The position numbers and the translations under genes are program-made. From positions 389 through 64,388 of the forward strand of contig CAVYJN010000013.1 in NCBI GenBank assembly GCA_963768885.1: a DNA stretch of 64,000 nucleotides. The letters are read 5' to 3'. Below the pieces are notes generated by a model that saw only the letters and a program-made list of their open reading frames with translations, was not told the origin of the DNA and did not search any database. Below, piece by piece: positions 1-9,472 of the stretch; position 1 is the first letter of the stretch; each line of letters opens with the position of its first letter. The DNA is from an uncultured Solirubrobacterales bacterium (GTDB taxonomy: Bacteria > Actinomycetota > Thermoleophilia > Solirubrobacterales > JBBDJG01).

Positions 1-285
1 AGCGCGAGTCACCAGAGCCTCCGTGACGACTATCGCGTCTCGACGCAGGAGCTCGATGCGCTCGTCGAGGCCCTCGTAGAAGCGGGAGCGCTCGGCGCGC
101 GGCTGACCGGAGCCGGCTTCGGCGGTGCCGTGGTCGCCGTTTGCGACGCCGACGAGGTCGCCGGCGTCTGCAGCAAGGCGACGGCGCGCTATCGGGCGCT
201 CACGGGTCTCGAGCCGCAGCCGTTCACCTGCCGTGCCGTGGACGGAGCGGGCACGCTTGATCGCGCAACGGGCAGCTCCTTTTGA
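1..285 (+). CDS. galK: galactokinase, C-terminal part (5' end outside window)
   Basis: Frame-1 translation ...HQSLRDDYRVSTQELDALVE...GARLTGAGFGGAVVAV... resembles the GHMP-kinase/galactokinase C-terminal motif. TGA at 283-285. Confidence 0.7.
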   Translation, partial: SASHQSLRDDYRVSTQELDALVEALVEAGALGARLTGAGFGGAVVAVCDADEVAGVCSKATARYRALTGLEPQPFTCRAVDGAGTLDRATGSSF

Positions 286-332
286 CACACTTTCCGGCTG
301 GAGAATCATCGAAGTACGGACTAGGAGGACCG

Positions 333-1634
333 ATGGTTAAAACACTCAGGCGTAGCACCGTGCTCGTCGCGGCGCTCGTGGGAGCTGCAGTCGCGCTCAC
401 AATCCCATCTGCGGGGCTCGGCTCGAAAGCGACCGCCGATGCGTCGTGCCAGCTCTCCGTCTTCTCGTGGTGGACGGGTGGTGGTGAGGCAGCAGGGCTG
501 ACGAAGCTGATCAAGATCTGGGACAAGGCCCATCCGACCTGCAAGGTCAAGAACGAGGCTGTGGCCGGCGGCGCGGGATCGAACGCGATGGCCGTGCTGC
601 AGAGCAGGCTCAAGGCCGGCAATCCGCCCGACTCGTTCCAGGGGCACGCCGGCGCCGAGCTCCGCGACTACATCAAGGCCGGTCAGGTGGTGCCGATCGA
701 CTTCATCTACAAGAAGTACGGCTTCGACAAGGTGATGCCGAAGTCGCTGCTCAGCCAGATCAGGTACCAGGGCCATCTGTGGTCGGTGCCGGTGAACATC
801 CACCGGGCGAACGTCCTCTGGTACAACCCGAAGACGCTGAAGGCGAACGGCATCACTGTGCCAAAGACGTGGGCGCAGTTCGTTGCCGCTCTGCAGAAGG
901 CCAAGGACGCCGACCTCATCCCGCTCTCCATGGGCGAGCAGTGGACGTCGGATCACCTGTGGGAGACCCTCATGATCGGAGTGCTCGGGCCCCAGGGCTG
1001 GTCCGCTCTCTGGAAGCCCGGCTCGGCCGGCAAGTGGGGCAGCAAGAGCGTCACGGCGGCGCTGAACCGCTTCGCCACGCTGCTCGGCTACACGAACTCG
1101 GACGCGGCGTCGCTCTCCTGGCAGGACGCCGGGAAACTGGTAGCCGAAGGCAAGGCCGCCTTCAACGTCATGGGCGACTGGCAGGACGGGTACTTCAGCG
1201 GCTCGAAGGCGGGAGACAACCTCGCGCTCAAGCCGGTTCGTGACTACGGCTGGACGCCCGTACCCGGCACCGCCAACGTCTACGACTGGCTCTCGGACAG
1301 CTTCACGCTGCCCAAGGGTGCGCCGCACCGCGCAGAGGCGATCCAGTGGCTGGCATTCCTCGGCAGCAGGCTGGCGCAGGACACGTTCAACCCGGTGAAG
1401 GGCTCGATCCCTGCCCGGAAGGACGCCAATCCGAAGCTCTACGGTCCGTACCTGAAGACCGCGCTCAAGGACTGGAAGGCGGACGCACTGGCAGGCTCGT
1501 TCTGGCACGGCGTCGTCTCGCCGACCGCCTGGAAGGCCGACGTCGACAAGGCGCTCGGGCTCTTCTTGCAGACGAAGAACGTGCCGACGTTCCAGGCCGC
1601 ACTCGTTGCGGCGGCGAAGAAGAACGCGAAGTAG
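333..1634 (+). CDS. ABC transporter extracellular solute (sugar)-binding protein
   Basis: ORF 282..1634. ATG at 333 sits 6 nt after AGGAGG. N-terminal signal-like MVKTLRRSTVLVAALVGAAVA. Length and composition are typical of family-1 sugar-binding proteins. Confidence 0.85.
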   Translation: MVKTLRRSTVLVAALVGAAVALTIPSAGLGSKATADASCQLSVFSWWTGGGEAAGLTKLIKIWDKAHPTCKVKNEAVAGGAGSNAMAVLQSRLKAGNPPDSFQGHAGAELRDYIKAGQVVPIDFIYKKYGFDKVMPKSLLSQIRYQGHLWSVPVNIHRANVLWYNPKTLKANGITVPKTWAQFVAALQKAKDADLIPLSMGEQWTSDHLWETLMIGVLGPQGWSALWKPGSAGKWGSKSVTAALNRFATLLGYTNSDAASLSWQDAGKLVAEGKAAFNVMGDWQDGYFSGSKAGDNLALKPVRDYGWTPVPGTANVYDWLSDSFTLPKGAPHRAEAIQWLAFLGSRLAQDTFNPVKGSIPARKDANPKLYGPYLKTALKDWKADALAGSFWHGVVSPTAWKADVDKALGLFLQTKNVPTFQAALVAAAKKNAK

Positions 1635-1695
1635 GAGAAGGCAGAAGCGAGAAGGACACGGCGACACCGGCGATGGAAACGGCCGGAGGCCTGCC

Positions 1696-2420
1696 GTGAG
1701 GAAGATACGACGGTGGGGACCAGGGTTGCTCCTGGTCTCCCTGTCGATCGTGCTCATCGCGGTCTTCGTCTACGGCCTCATCGGGTGGAACGTCAAGGTC
1801 TCGCTCTCCGACTGGCGCCAATCACAGGAGACGACGGGGTTCGATACCGGCGCCTACTCGGACCTCTTTCCGAGTAGCGGCGGCGAGATAGACGACTTCG
1901 TCAAGGGAGTCGCCACCGGCGACCAGTCGACCACCCTGAGCACGGATCCGGGGTGGATCATCGATCTGCACCACGCGCTGCTCTTCACCGTCGTCTTCGT
2001 CGGCGGAGCCTTGCTCATGGGCGCGTTTCTCGCCTTCCTCTTGGACAAGGGCGTCAAGGGCGAGGGGGTGTTCCGCGCCATCTACCTCTTCCCGATGGCG
2101 GTCTCCTTCATCGCCGCGGGAGTCGTCTGGCGGTGGCTGATGAACCCGGCGCCGGGCGACCGCTCGACCGGGTTCAACCTCCTGTTCGAAAAGCTCGGGC
2201 TCGGATTTCTCGGCAACGAGTGGTATCTCGGACAGACGTGGGGCGCGGGCGCGCTCGCGATCCCAGCTGTGTGGGCGCTCTCCGGCTACATCATGGCCCT
2301 CTTCCTCGCCGGATTCCGCGGGTGCCCGAGGAGCTTCGCGAGGCGGCATGACGATGCGCGAGCCGGTACTGCCGGCTGCTGCTCCGGCGCTGGTGGGCTC
2401 GGCACGGGATCCGGGCGGCT
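1696..2420 (+). pseudogene. ABC sugar transporter permease (MalF/UgpA-like), frameshifted and 3'-truncated
   Basis: GTG 1696 after GGAGG. TM-rich sequence with PMAVSFIAAGVVWRWLMNP. The EAA-loop region (..AGFRG|VPEELREAA..) breaks frame near 2320-2350. No recognisable permease C-terminus, second permease or ATPase follows. Confidence 0.7.
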
Positions 2421-2690
2421 GTGGTCGGACGGGTCGAGCACGGCCGTGGACTGGAAGCGTCGCGGGGCGGACGCCGCGTGCCGTTCCCGTGGATCGCGCA
2501 GGACGAGATCACGAAGGCGCTCGCCTGATCCGGCTCCGGTCCGCCCGGCAGTCGTTGACGAAGCCGGCAGGGTTCCCGATCACGTCGCGCTGCGGGGCTG
2601 GGAACGGGCTCGCAACAACAGGTAACTCCGGTCACCTTCCCGCGTCAAATCTGATCCGCGGCCTCCGAACCTCCACTCCAGGGGCCCGCG

Positions 2691-2828
2691 CGATCCTCAG
2701 GACAACTGCAAATCGCCCTTCCTTCCCTCTCCGCCGCTCTCCTGGAGCCAACGTCAACAATCTGACGTTCGTGCTTATCTTCTTGCTAGTAAAAGCTCGG
2801 TGAGGCCGCAGGCGGGAAGGCGTGAAGA
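2691..2828 (+). promoter_or_regulatory. conserved upstream/leader block of hsp20 copy A (shared with copy B)
   Basis: Blocks AAATCGCCCTTCCTTCCCTCTCCGCCGCT, GTTCGTGCTTATCTTCTTG and CGCAGGCGGGAAGGCGTGAAGAATG are conserved with 21074-21214 (reverse complement). The spacer between them has diverged. Confidence 0.4.
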
Positions 2829-2841
2829 ATGGACGTATTGA

Positions 2842-3258
2842 TTGACAATCGTTTGGCGAACGGTGGATGGCTGTTTGACGAGAGTCAACGGTCTCTTCAA
2901 TGGGCTGGCGAGCGAGTTCGGGCCGATTTCACCACCAGTCGATGTGGTCGAAGATAGCAACAGCTATCGCTTCAGCATCGACCTCCCCGGCTTGAAGAGC
3001 GACTCGCTCGAGGTGAAGGTCGAGGACGAGACGCTGGTGATCAACGCCGAGCGCGTCGAGCCCGCATGGGCGAAGGACGCGCGGGTGCATCGCGCAGAAC
3101 GCCACTACGGCCGCATCCATCGGGCCTTCAGGCTTCCGAGCGATGTAGGTCACGAGGCGATCAAGGCCGCGTACAAGGACGGCGTGCTTGAAGTGACGAT
3201 CGCAAAGCTGCCCGAAGCCAAGGCGGTCAAGGTCGAGGTCGCGTACAGCAACAACTAG
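2842..3258 (+). CDS. Hsp20/alpha-crystallin family small heat-shock protein (copy A)
   Basis: Alpha-crystallin domain PPVDVVEDSNSYRFSIDLPGLKSDSLEVKVEDETLVINAER...GVLEVTIAK. The ATG at 2829 (MDVLIDNRL, as in copy B) is out of frame because of a 1-nt insertion near 2878. The in-frame start used here is TTG 2842. Confidence 0.8.
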   Translation: MTIVWRTVDGCLTRVNGLFNGLASEFGPISPPVDVVEDSNSYRFSIDLPGLKSDSLEVKVEDETLVINAERVEPAWAKDARVHRAERHYGRIHRAFRLPSDVGHEAIKAAYKDGVLEVTIAKLPEAKAVKVEVAYSNN

Positions 3259-3261
3259 GAC

Positions 3262-3297
3262 GAAAAGGGATGCAACCGGGTCGTTGCGTCCCCTTTC
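3262..3297 (+). terminator. stem-loop terminator downstream of hsp20 copy A
   Basis: GAAAAGGGATGCAAC-loop-GTTGCGTCCCCTTTC, about 14 of 15 positions paired. It is homologous to the hairpin after copy B, with compensatory outer-stem changes. Confidence 0.5.
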
Positions 3298-3828
3298 TTC
3301 GCCATCCTTGTCCGCGGTACGGGGAGTGGCCCTCTCCTCGCTGTGGGTTCTACTTCTTGCGGGGCCCTTGCTTGCCTGCCCCTAGGCGGCGCACTTCAAG
3401 CGCCAGCAACGCGAGCGCGTAGGCAATGGTCTCCAGGCCGCGCTGCAGAGGGTCGGCCGGCATGGGCTCCTTCCCCAGCCGCTTCACGAAGTCGTCGAGC
3501 TTCGCCATGGCTACCGCCCAGCCGCGGCGCGCGCGGCGAGCTCCTCGAACAGCATGCTGCGGATGGGCACCTCGTTCTGCTCTGGGGTGACGTCGTCAGC
3601 GTTCATCGCACTCTAGTGTACCAGGCGCCTCTGACCGGCGCGAGGAACGAGGTCGCGCGCGGTGTCGGCGGGTCCAGCGGAGCGCGACGTAGAGCGGCAC
3701 CCCGAGGCACCGCGGCGTTCGCGGTGACGATGTGGGGCGCGTCCAATGCGCGCCCGCGATCCGCGTTGTCCTGTCGGCGTGCCGGTCGGCCTTTGACTTG
3801 TCGGCCCTTTCCGGGTCACGAGGGATGC

Positions 3829-4939
3829 GTGGTCTTGGGTCGCCCACGGATCGGTCTCGTGCTCTCCGGCGGTGGGGCGCGCGGCACGTTCCAGGTCGGG
3901 GTCTACGAGCGCCTGAGCCAGGACGCACGGTTCCAGGGCCCGATGGTCCTCTCGGGCACGTCGGCCGGGGCCATCAACGCCGCCTTCATCGCCGCCGGTA
4001 AGTCCCCCGACGAGATGATGCGCTTCTGGGAAGGTCTCGCCGATCGCGCTCCCGGTCGAGGCCACCCAGCGTCTCCTGAACGGCATCGCGTTCGCGCTGG
4101 CGGGGCTGACGGTCACCGAGTCGCTCGACTGGCCGAGGACGCTCGGCGCCTGGAGGTTCTTCCTGAGGCGCATGGTCGAGCGCTTCCCGCCCTGGCCCGG
4201 CCGGCTGGTCGGCCTGGGCATCGAGTACTTCCTGACCGAGCGCTTCGACCTGCTGACCAAGATCCTGGAAGCCGTGCCCACACCCTCCCTGGTCGACACG
4301 CGGCGGCTGCGCGAGCGGCTGGTGGCGGCGCTCGGTGACCCGGTGCGCTGCCAGGAGCACGACCTCGCCATCAGCGCGGTCGACGCCGAGACGGGCAAGG
4401 TGGTCCGCTTCGTGTCGCGCGCGACGCCGCTCACGAGGTCGTCGGAATACATGGTCCCGCCGGGCGGCATCACGGTCGACATGGTGCTCGCGAGCGCGAG
4501 CATCCCGGTCCTCTTTCCGCCGGCGCAGGTGGGCGAGCGCCTGTTCTGGGATGGCGGCCTCCTGGTGAATACGCCGATGGCGCCGGTCGTCGCCCTCGGG
4601 GCCGAGGAGATCGTCACGGTGCTGGTCACCGAGCTCGAAACGAAGCCCGCGTTTGATCGCCTGGGAGCGGCGCTCGAGCGCGCCGTCGACTCGCTGCTCG
4701 AGAGCTCGTACGACTCGGACCGCAAGCTGCTGCTCGAGCGGAACCGTCTCGCGCAAAGCGGGGTCAAGGACTACCAGGAGGTGAAGCTCTACAAGCCGAT
4801 CCGCCCGGGTGACGGCTCGAACCTCGTGCTCGGCTCCTACCTCTACTTCAACAAGCCGGCCATGCTGGCGCTCCGCACCGCGGGACGCGCGGCCGCCGAC
4901 CGATGGCTCGCCGACCCCGAGCCGGAAGACCGCCTCTGA
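3829..4939 (+). pseudogene. patatin-like phospholipase, one frameshift
   Basis: GLVLSGGGARG, GTSAGAINA and DGGLLVNTP motifs. The frame switches near 4053 (..FWEGLADRAP|VEATQRLLNG..), joining ORF 3343..4338 to ORF 4172..4939. Confidence 0.8.
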
Positions 4940-4949
4940 CCCGGTTCCA

Positions 4950-6479
4950 TCAGCCCTGCTCGACCCGTACCGTCGTCGTGCTCCGCCGGGCCCCGGGGCG
5001 TGGCATTTCCGCCGGGCGCAGCGGCGTGCGCACTCGCCCCCTCGGCTGCGTCGCACAGCTCGCGGAACGACGCGTCGATCGCGCGCGACGAAGTCGTGCA
5101 GGTCGGGCACAGGTCCCAGTCGGCGTTGAAGCCCCAGCAGAGCTTGCCCGGCGTAGCTGAACAGCACGATGCCGAGGCCCAGGTAGTCGAAGAGCGGCAC
5201 CATCGGGTAGTTGTCGAGCATGCGCGCGCCGAGCAGGTAGAGCGGGACCTGCGGGCCGGGCACGTTGGTCACGACCAGGTTGAAGGGCAGGGCGCGCGTC
5301 ACCATGCGCGCGCCGAGCGAGAGCAGCGTCGACGGCGTCCACTCGCCGACGCCGCGTCAGCATCTCGGCGCCGAGCGCCTGCTTGGACTCCTTGAGCCGC
5401 GTCGGTGATCTCGCTGATGCGCTCGCAGGCGGCGCGCGGATCGCGCTCGCCGATCGGCAGCGTCGACGATCCAGGCCGAGACGCGGTTGCCGAGCGTGCC
5501 GCGCTCGTCGGTCGGCGCGCACGCTGACCGGCGCCATGACGCGGAAGTCGAGCGCCTCGACGTTGCACGCGCCGCGCCGCTCGAGGAAGCGCCGCACGCG
5601 CGCCGGCGACGGTGGCGAGCACGACGTCGTTCAGCGTGCCGCCGAGGCGCGTTCTTCACCGCCTTCACGTCGTCGAGGTCGCATCTCGAGCCAGTCGAAG
5701 CGGCGGTGCGGGCCGATCGGCTGGTTGAGCGGCGTGTCGGACGACCGGCGGAGCGCCGAGCCGCAGCATGTCGCGCGACCGCGCGCCGCATCGCGCGGAC
5801 GTCGCGAGCGCGGGTCCTGCGGCCTCGCGCGAGCGACCGCGCCGGACGTCGCGCGCCGATCTCGAACGGCAGCGCGAGCGCGGCGCAGCGTCTCGTCGCG
5901 CAGCAGCTGCGCAGCCGCGTCGGCGCGCGGGCGCGGCACCCAGCGCGGCGCCGGCTCGACGCTCGTCGGTCGGCGTCGGCGTCGAGCAGCACCGTCGAGC
6001 AGGTCGACGCCCGAGATGCCGTCGACCATGCAGTGGTGGATCTTGCGTGATCATCGCGAAGCGGTCGCCGCCCTCGAGCCCCTCGACGACCCAGATCTCC
6101 CAGAGCGGCTTCGCGCGGTCGAGCTGCTGCGACATGATGCGGCCGCGACAGGCGCTTCAGCTGGCGCGTCGTCGCCGGGCGCGGGCAGCGCCGTGTGGCG
6201 CACGTGGTAGTGGATGTTGAAGTGCGTCGTCGTCGACCCAGACCGGGTGGCCCTCGAGCGGGAGTGTAGCGCGAGCCCTGGCGGTAGCGCGGGATGCAGG
6301 TGCAGCGCGCGACGTCGATGTAGGCGCGGATGCGCTCGATGTCGATGCCGCCGTCGGGCGTCGCAGCGGCCCCGCGTCGAACGTCGCGGTGCCGGCGATG
6401 TGCATGTGGTTCGTCGGGCTCTCACGATGAGGAACGAGTTGTCGAGGAAGGTGAGCCGGTCGTACGCGAAGCTTGCCAT
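4950..6479 (-). pseudogene. wax ester synthase/diacylglycerol acyltransferase (WS/DGAT), multiply frameshifted
   Basis: The pieces lie in different frames: [58 protein letters not shown], (HH)[44 protein letters not shown] count at least 8 frame changes. The 3' end is approximate. Confidence 0.8.
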
Positions 6480-6498
6480 GAGGACGTCCCCTGCGCCC

Positions 6499-8412
6499 TT
6501 ACGCCCTGGCAGCCTGCGCCGGCGCCGGGCCGAGGCCGGTGACCTCCAGGATCTCGCGCTCGTCGAGCGACTCGGCCTTCAGGAGCGCGGTGGCGAGGGC
6601 GACGAGCTGATCGCGGTGCGCGGCGAGCAGGCGGGTGGCTTCGCCCTGGCACTCCTCGACGATGCGCCGCACCTCGGCGTCGATCAGCTCGGCGGTCGCC
6701 TCGCTGTAGGGCTGGCGCTGGAAGGCCGGCGGGAGCCCGTCGTCGTGCGGGGCGACGAAGCTGATCGGGCCGAGCTTCTCGCTCATCCCCCAGCGCAGCA
6801 CCATCTGGCGGGCGATCTCGGTGACCTGCTGGAGGTCGTTCTCGCCGCCCGTCGTGACGACGCCGTAGATGAGCTGCTCGGCCGCGCGGCCCCCGAGCGC
6901 GCTGGTGATGCGCGCCCGGAGATAGTCCTCGGCGTAGCTGGTGCGGTCGTCGGTCGGGAGCTGGTAGGTCGCCCCGAGCGCCATGCCGCGCGGGACGATG
7001 GTCACGCGGTGCACCGGGTCGCTGCCCGGGACGAGCAGCCCGAGCAGCGCGTGGCCGCTCTCGTGGTAGGCGGTGCGCTCGCGATCGGTGGGGTTCAGCA
7101 GGATGTGACGCGCGGGGCCGAGCGTGATCTTCTCCAGCGCCTCGGAGAAGTCCCTGGGATGGACCTCGCTCCGGTCCTTGCGGGCCGCGAGGAGCGCCGC
7201 CTCGTTCACCAGGTTGCGGAGCTCGGCGCCGACCAGGCCGGGCGTTTCCGCGGCGATCCGCGCGAGGTCCACGTCGGCCGCGAGCGGGACGTGCTTGGTG
7301 TGGACCTTGAGGATCGCGGCGCGGCCGGCCCGGTCGGGCCGCTGCACGATCACGCGGCGGTCGAAGCGGCCCGGTCGGAGCAGCGCCGGATCGAGCACGT
7401 CGGCCCGGTTGGTGGCCGCGAGCACGATGACGCCTTCGCGCGAGTCGAAGCCGTCCATCTCGGTGAGGATCTGGTTCAACGTCTGCTCGCGCTCGTCGTG
7501 GCCCCCGATCGACGCCCCGCTCCCGCGGGCCCGACCGATCGCGTCCAGCTCGTCGATGAAGATGATCGACGGCGCGGCCTCGCGGGCCTGCTTGAAGAGG
7601 TCGCGCACGCGCGCCGCGCCCACGCCGACGATCATCTCGATGAACTCCGCGGCGCTCAGGCTGAAGAAGGGGACGCCGGCCTGGCCGGCGACCGCGCGGG
7701 CGAGGAGGGTCTTCCCCGTGCCGGGGGCGCCGATGAGCAGCACGCCCTTCGGCACGGTGCCGCCGAGCCGCTGGTACTTCGCCGGGCTCTTCAGGAAGTC
7801 GACGATCTCGACGAGCTCGTTCTCGGCGTCGTCGATGCCTGCGACGTCGTCGAAGGTGACCTTCGGCTCCGACTCGTTGTAGCGCTTGGCGCGGCTGCGG
7901 CCGAGCCCGAAGAGCCCGCGTCCGCTGGCCATCATGCGCTGATTCATCCAGACGAACCCCACGATCAGGAGGAGCGTGGGGCCGAAGCCGAAGAGCACGG
8001 TCTGCCAGAGGGGCCGGCCCTCGTCGAGCGGCCGCGCGTTGATGACCACGCCCTTCTCCTCGAGCAGCGTCTCGAGACCGGGGTTGGCGAAGGCCGGGAG
8101 CAGCGTCCTGAAACGGAGCGCGGTGCGCGCCTTCGGCCCCTCGCGCGGGTAGGTCACTTCCTTCCTGAATGCGCCCTGGATCGCGTCGCCCTGGCTGGTC
8201 ACCTCCTCGACGTTGCCCGCCTGCACCTGCTCCTTGAAGAGCGTGTAGGGTACGTCGACGATGTTCGGCTCGGGGGCGAGCGCGCGCATGACTGCCCAGT
8301 TGACCGCCATCACGACGAGGAAGGTGAGCCACCAGGGCTGCGGCCGAACCCAGCGCTGGCGCCCGCCATCGGGGCTCTTCGCCTGCGTGCCACCGCTCGG
8401 TGCGCTCGCCAC
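6499..8412 (-). CDS. ftsH: ATP-dependent zinc metalloprotease FtsH
   Basis: Intact 637-aa ORF with Walker [27 protein letters not shown] second region of homology, and the HESGHAL zinc motif. GTG start. Confidence 0.95.
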   Translation of the reverse strand: MASAPSGGTQAKSPDGGRQRWVRPQPWWLTFLVVMAVNWAVMRALAPEPNIVDVPYTLFKEQVQAGNVEEVTSQGDAIQGAFRKEVTYPREGPKARTALRFRTLLPAFANPGLETLLEEKGVVINARPLDEGRPLWQTVLFGFGPTLLLIVGFVWMNQRMMASGRGLFGLGRSRAKRYNESEPKVTFDDVAGIDDAENELVEIVDFLKSPAKYQRLGGTVPKGVLLIGAPGTGKTLLARAVAGQAGVPFFSLSAAEFIEMIVGVGAARVRDLFKQAREAAPSIIFIDELDAIGRARGSGASIGGHDEREQTLNQILTEMDGFDSREGVIVLAATNRADVLDPALLRPGRFDRRVIVQRPDRAGRAAILKVHTKHVPLAADVDLARIAAETPGLVGAELRNLVNEAALLAARKDRSEVHPRDFSEALEKITLGPARHILLNPTDRERTAYHESGHALLGLLVPGSDPVHRVTIVPRGMALGATYQLPTDDRTSYAEDYLRARITSALGGRAAEQLIYGVVTTGGENDLQQVTEIARQMVLRWGMSEKLGPISFVAPHDDGLPPAFQRQPYSEATAELIDAEVRRIVEECQGEATRLLAAHRDQLVALATALLKAESLDEREILEVTGLGPAPAQAARA

Positions 8413-8441
8413 GCGAGCGATACTGGCACAGCACGCGGGTG

Positions 8442-8457
8442 CCGGATACTACGCACG
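8442..8457 (-). promoter_or_regulatory. recurrent motif CGTGCGTAGTATCCGG (minus-strand reading) upstream of ftsH; -10-like TAGTAT
   Basis: The plus strand reads CCGGATACTACGCACG, about 30 nt upstream of the ftsH start. The same core TACTACGCACG occurs at 21736-21746, and with one mismatch at 47082-47095. Confidence 0.35.
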
Positions 8458-8563
8458 TGCTCGCGCGCCTTGAGGCCGTACGGGGCCCATGACAACGAGC
8501 CGCTTCGCGCCGGGGCATATCTCCCTTTTGCGCATCGAGATCGCGGCGCTGGCGGGGTAGGGC

Positions 8564-8795
8564 GTGCGCTCGCACACGATCGACCTGGACGGTCCGGTCC
8601 ACTACGCGGACTTCGGCGGAAGCGGCCCGACCGTCGTGCTGGTGCACGGGCTCGGCGGCTCCCACGTCAACTGGATGGCCGTGGGGTCCGCGCTCGCCGC
8701 CCGCGCTCACGTCGTGGCCCCAGATCTCGCCGGCTTCGGGCGCACGCCGCTCGCGGGGCGTTCCGCGCACGTGCAGGCCAACCTCGGGCTCTCGA
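8564..8795 (+). pseudogene. alpha/beta hydrolase, N-terminal fragment (truncated duplicate of 19681..20568)
   Basis: MRSHTIDLDGPVHYADFGGSGPTVVLVHGLGGSHVNWMAVG... is near-identical to the intact copy. Homology ends at about 8795, before the nucleophile motif. Confidence 0.8.
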
Positions 8796-8947
8796 CTCCT
8801 CGGTTACGCCTCTCCCGTTCTGACCAGCGCCGGCCGTGCCTCTTGCAGGGGCGGATCAATTCTCGGCGAGCGGAAAAGTCTCAAGACCGATGTCCAGCTT
8901 TTGGAATCGGAACTTTGGTTCATGATGCGCGTGAGCAACCAGGGTCC

Positions 8948-8963
8948 TGGCACAGCGGTTGCT
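8948..8963 (+). promoter_or_regulatory. sigma-54 (-24/-12) type promoter upstream of csbD-like gene
   Basis: TGGCAC-AGCGG-TTGCT matches TGGCAC-N5-TTGCW exactly. It lies 33 nt upstream of ATG 8996, with a GGAAGGAGGG RBS in between. Confidence 0.55.
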
Positions 8964-8995
8964 CTAGACAATTGCCACGGAAGGAGGGACCGACC

Positions 8996-9163
8996 ATGGC
9001 GAGCGGCAAATCGGATGAGCTGAAGGGCCGCGTGAAGGAAGCTGCGGGGGCCCTGACCGGCGATAAGAGGCTGAAGCGGGCTGGGAAGACCGACCAGGCT
9101 GTCGGGAAGATCAAGCAGAAGGTGGAGAAGGTTATCGACAAGGTCAAGGATGCGTTCAGCTGA
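8996..9163 (+). CDS. CsbD family stress-response protein
   Basis: 55 aa, MASGKSDELKGRVKEAAGALTGDKRLKRAGKTDQAVGKIKQKVEKVIDKVKDAF. This is the typical CsbD pattern, with a strong RBS. Confidence 0.85.
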   Translation: MASGKSDELKGRVKEAAGALTGDKRLKRAGKTDQAVGKIKQKVEKVIDKVKDAFS

Positions 9164-9284
9164 GTCACAACGGCAGCGGCACGCTGCTCGGACGTCGGGT
9201 GGTCGGCTGCGCAGGTGCGTGACGAGGGGCCGCCGCGCCAGCCAACCCACCCAGCGCCTGAACCTCGGGCAGAAAGGGGACCTC

Positions 9285-9440
9285 ATGTCACTGCTGCTTC
9301 TGATCGTCCTGTTGCTCGTCGTCTTCGGTGGCTTGCCCAACTGGGGCTACCATAACTATGGGTATGGACCGTCCGGGATCGGCGGCATCATCCTGATCAT
9401 CCTGATCATCCTGCTTCTGACCGGACGACTGAACTTCTGA
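9285..9440 (+). CDS. DUF3309-like small membrane protein
   Basis: 51 aa, MSLLLLIVLLLVVFGGLPNWGYHNYGYGPSGIGGIILIILIILLLTGRL. Two hydrophobic helices flank a GYGPSG loop. Confidence 0.7.
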   Translation: MSLLLLIVLLLVVFGGLPNWGYHNYGYGPSGIGGIILIILIILLLTGRLNF

Positions 9441-9472
9441 CGGTTCCGTCATGGCAGTGCCGGCCTCGGCGC

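Larger units (their letters stand above)
8435..8795. repeat. direct repeat copy 1 (about 361 bp, roughly 95% identical to 19551-19912)
   Basis: Hand alignment. It covers the intergenic region plus the first ~77 codons of the alpha/beta hydrolase gene. Similarity stops abruptly after AACCTCGGGCTC. Confidence 0.85.

Noticed and set aside
3350-3606. Two tandem small minus-strand ORFs (31 aa, 3511-3606; 52 aa, 3350-3508) between hsp20 copy A and the patatin gene, possibly a small two-gene module
   Set aside because: Neither has a convincing RBS or a recognisable family. They are too short to separate from chance ORFs at this GC content. I note them as unresolved only.
6214-8823. Very long ORFs antisense to real genes (for example 6214..8823 +, 321..1757 -, 26406..28100 -, 47302..48876 -, 29653..31965 -)
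   Set aside because: These are typical shadow ORFs of high-GC DNA. Their translations are Arg/Ala/Pro/Gly-rich with no motifs, whereas the opposite strand encodes clear families (FtsH, the binding protein, the cyclase regulator, the Gly-rich protein, the carboxylase).
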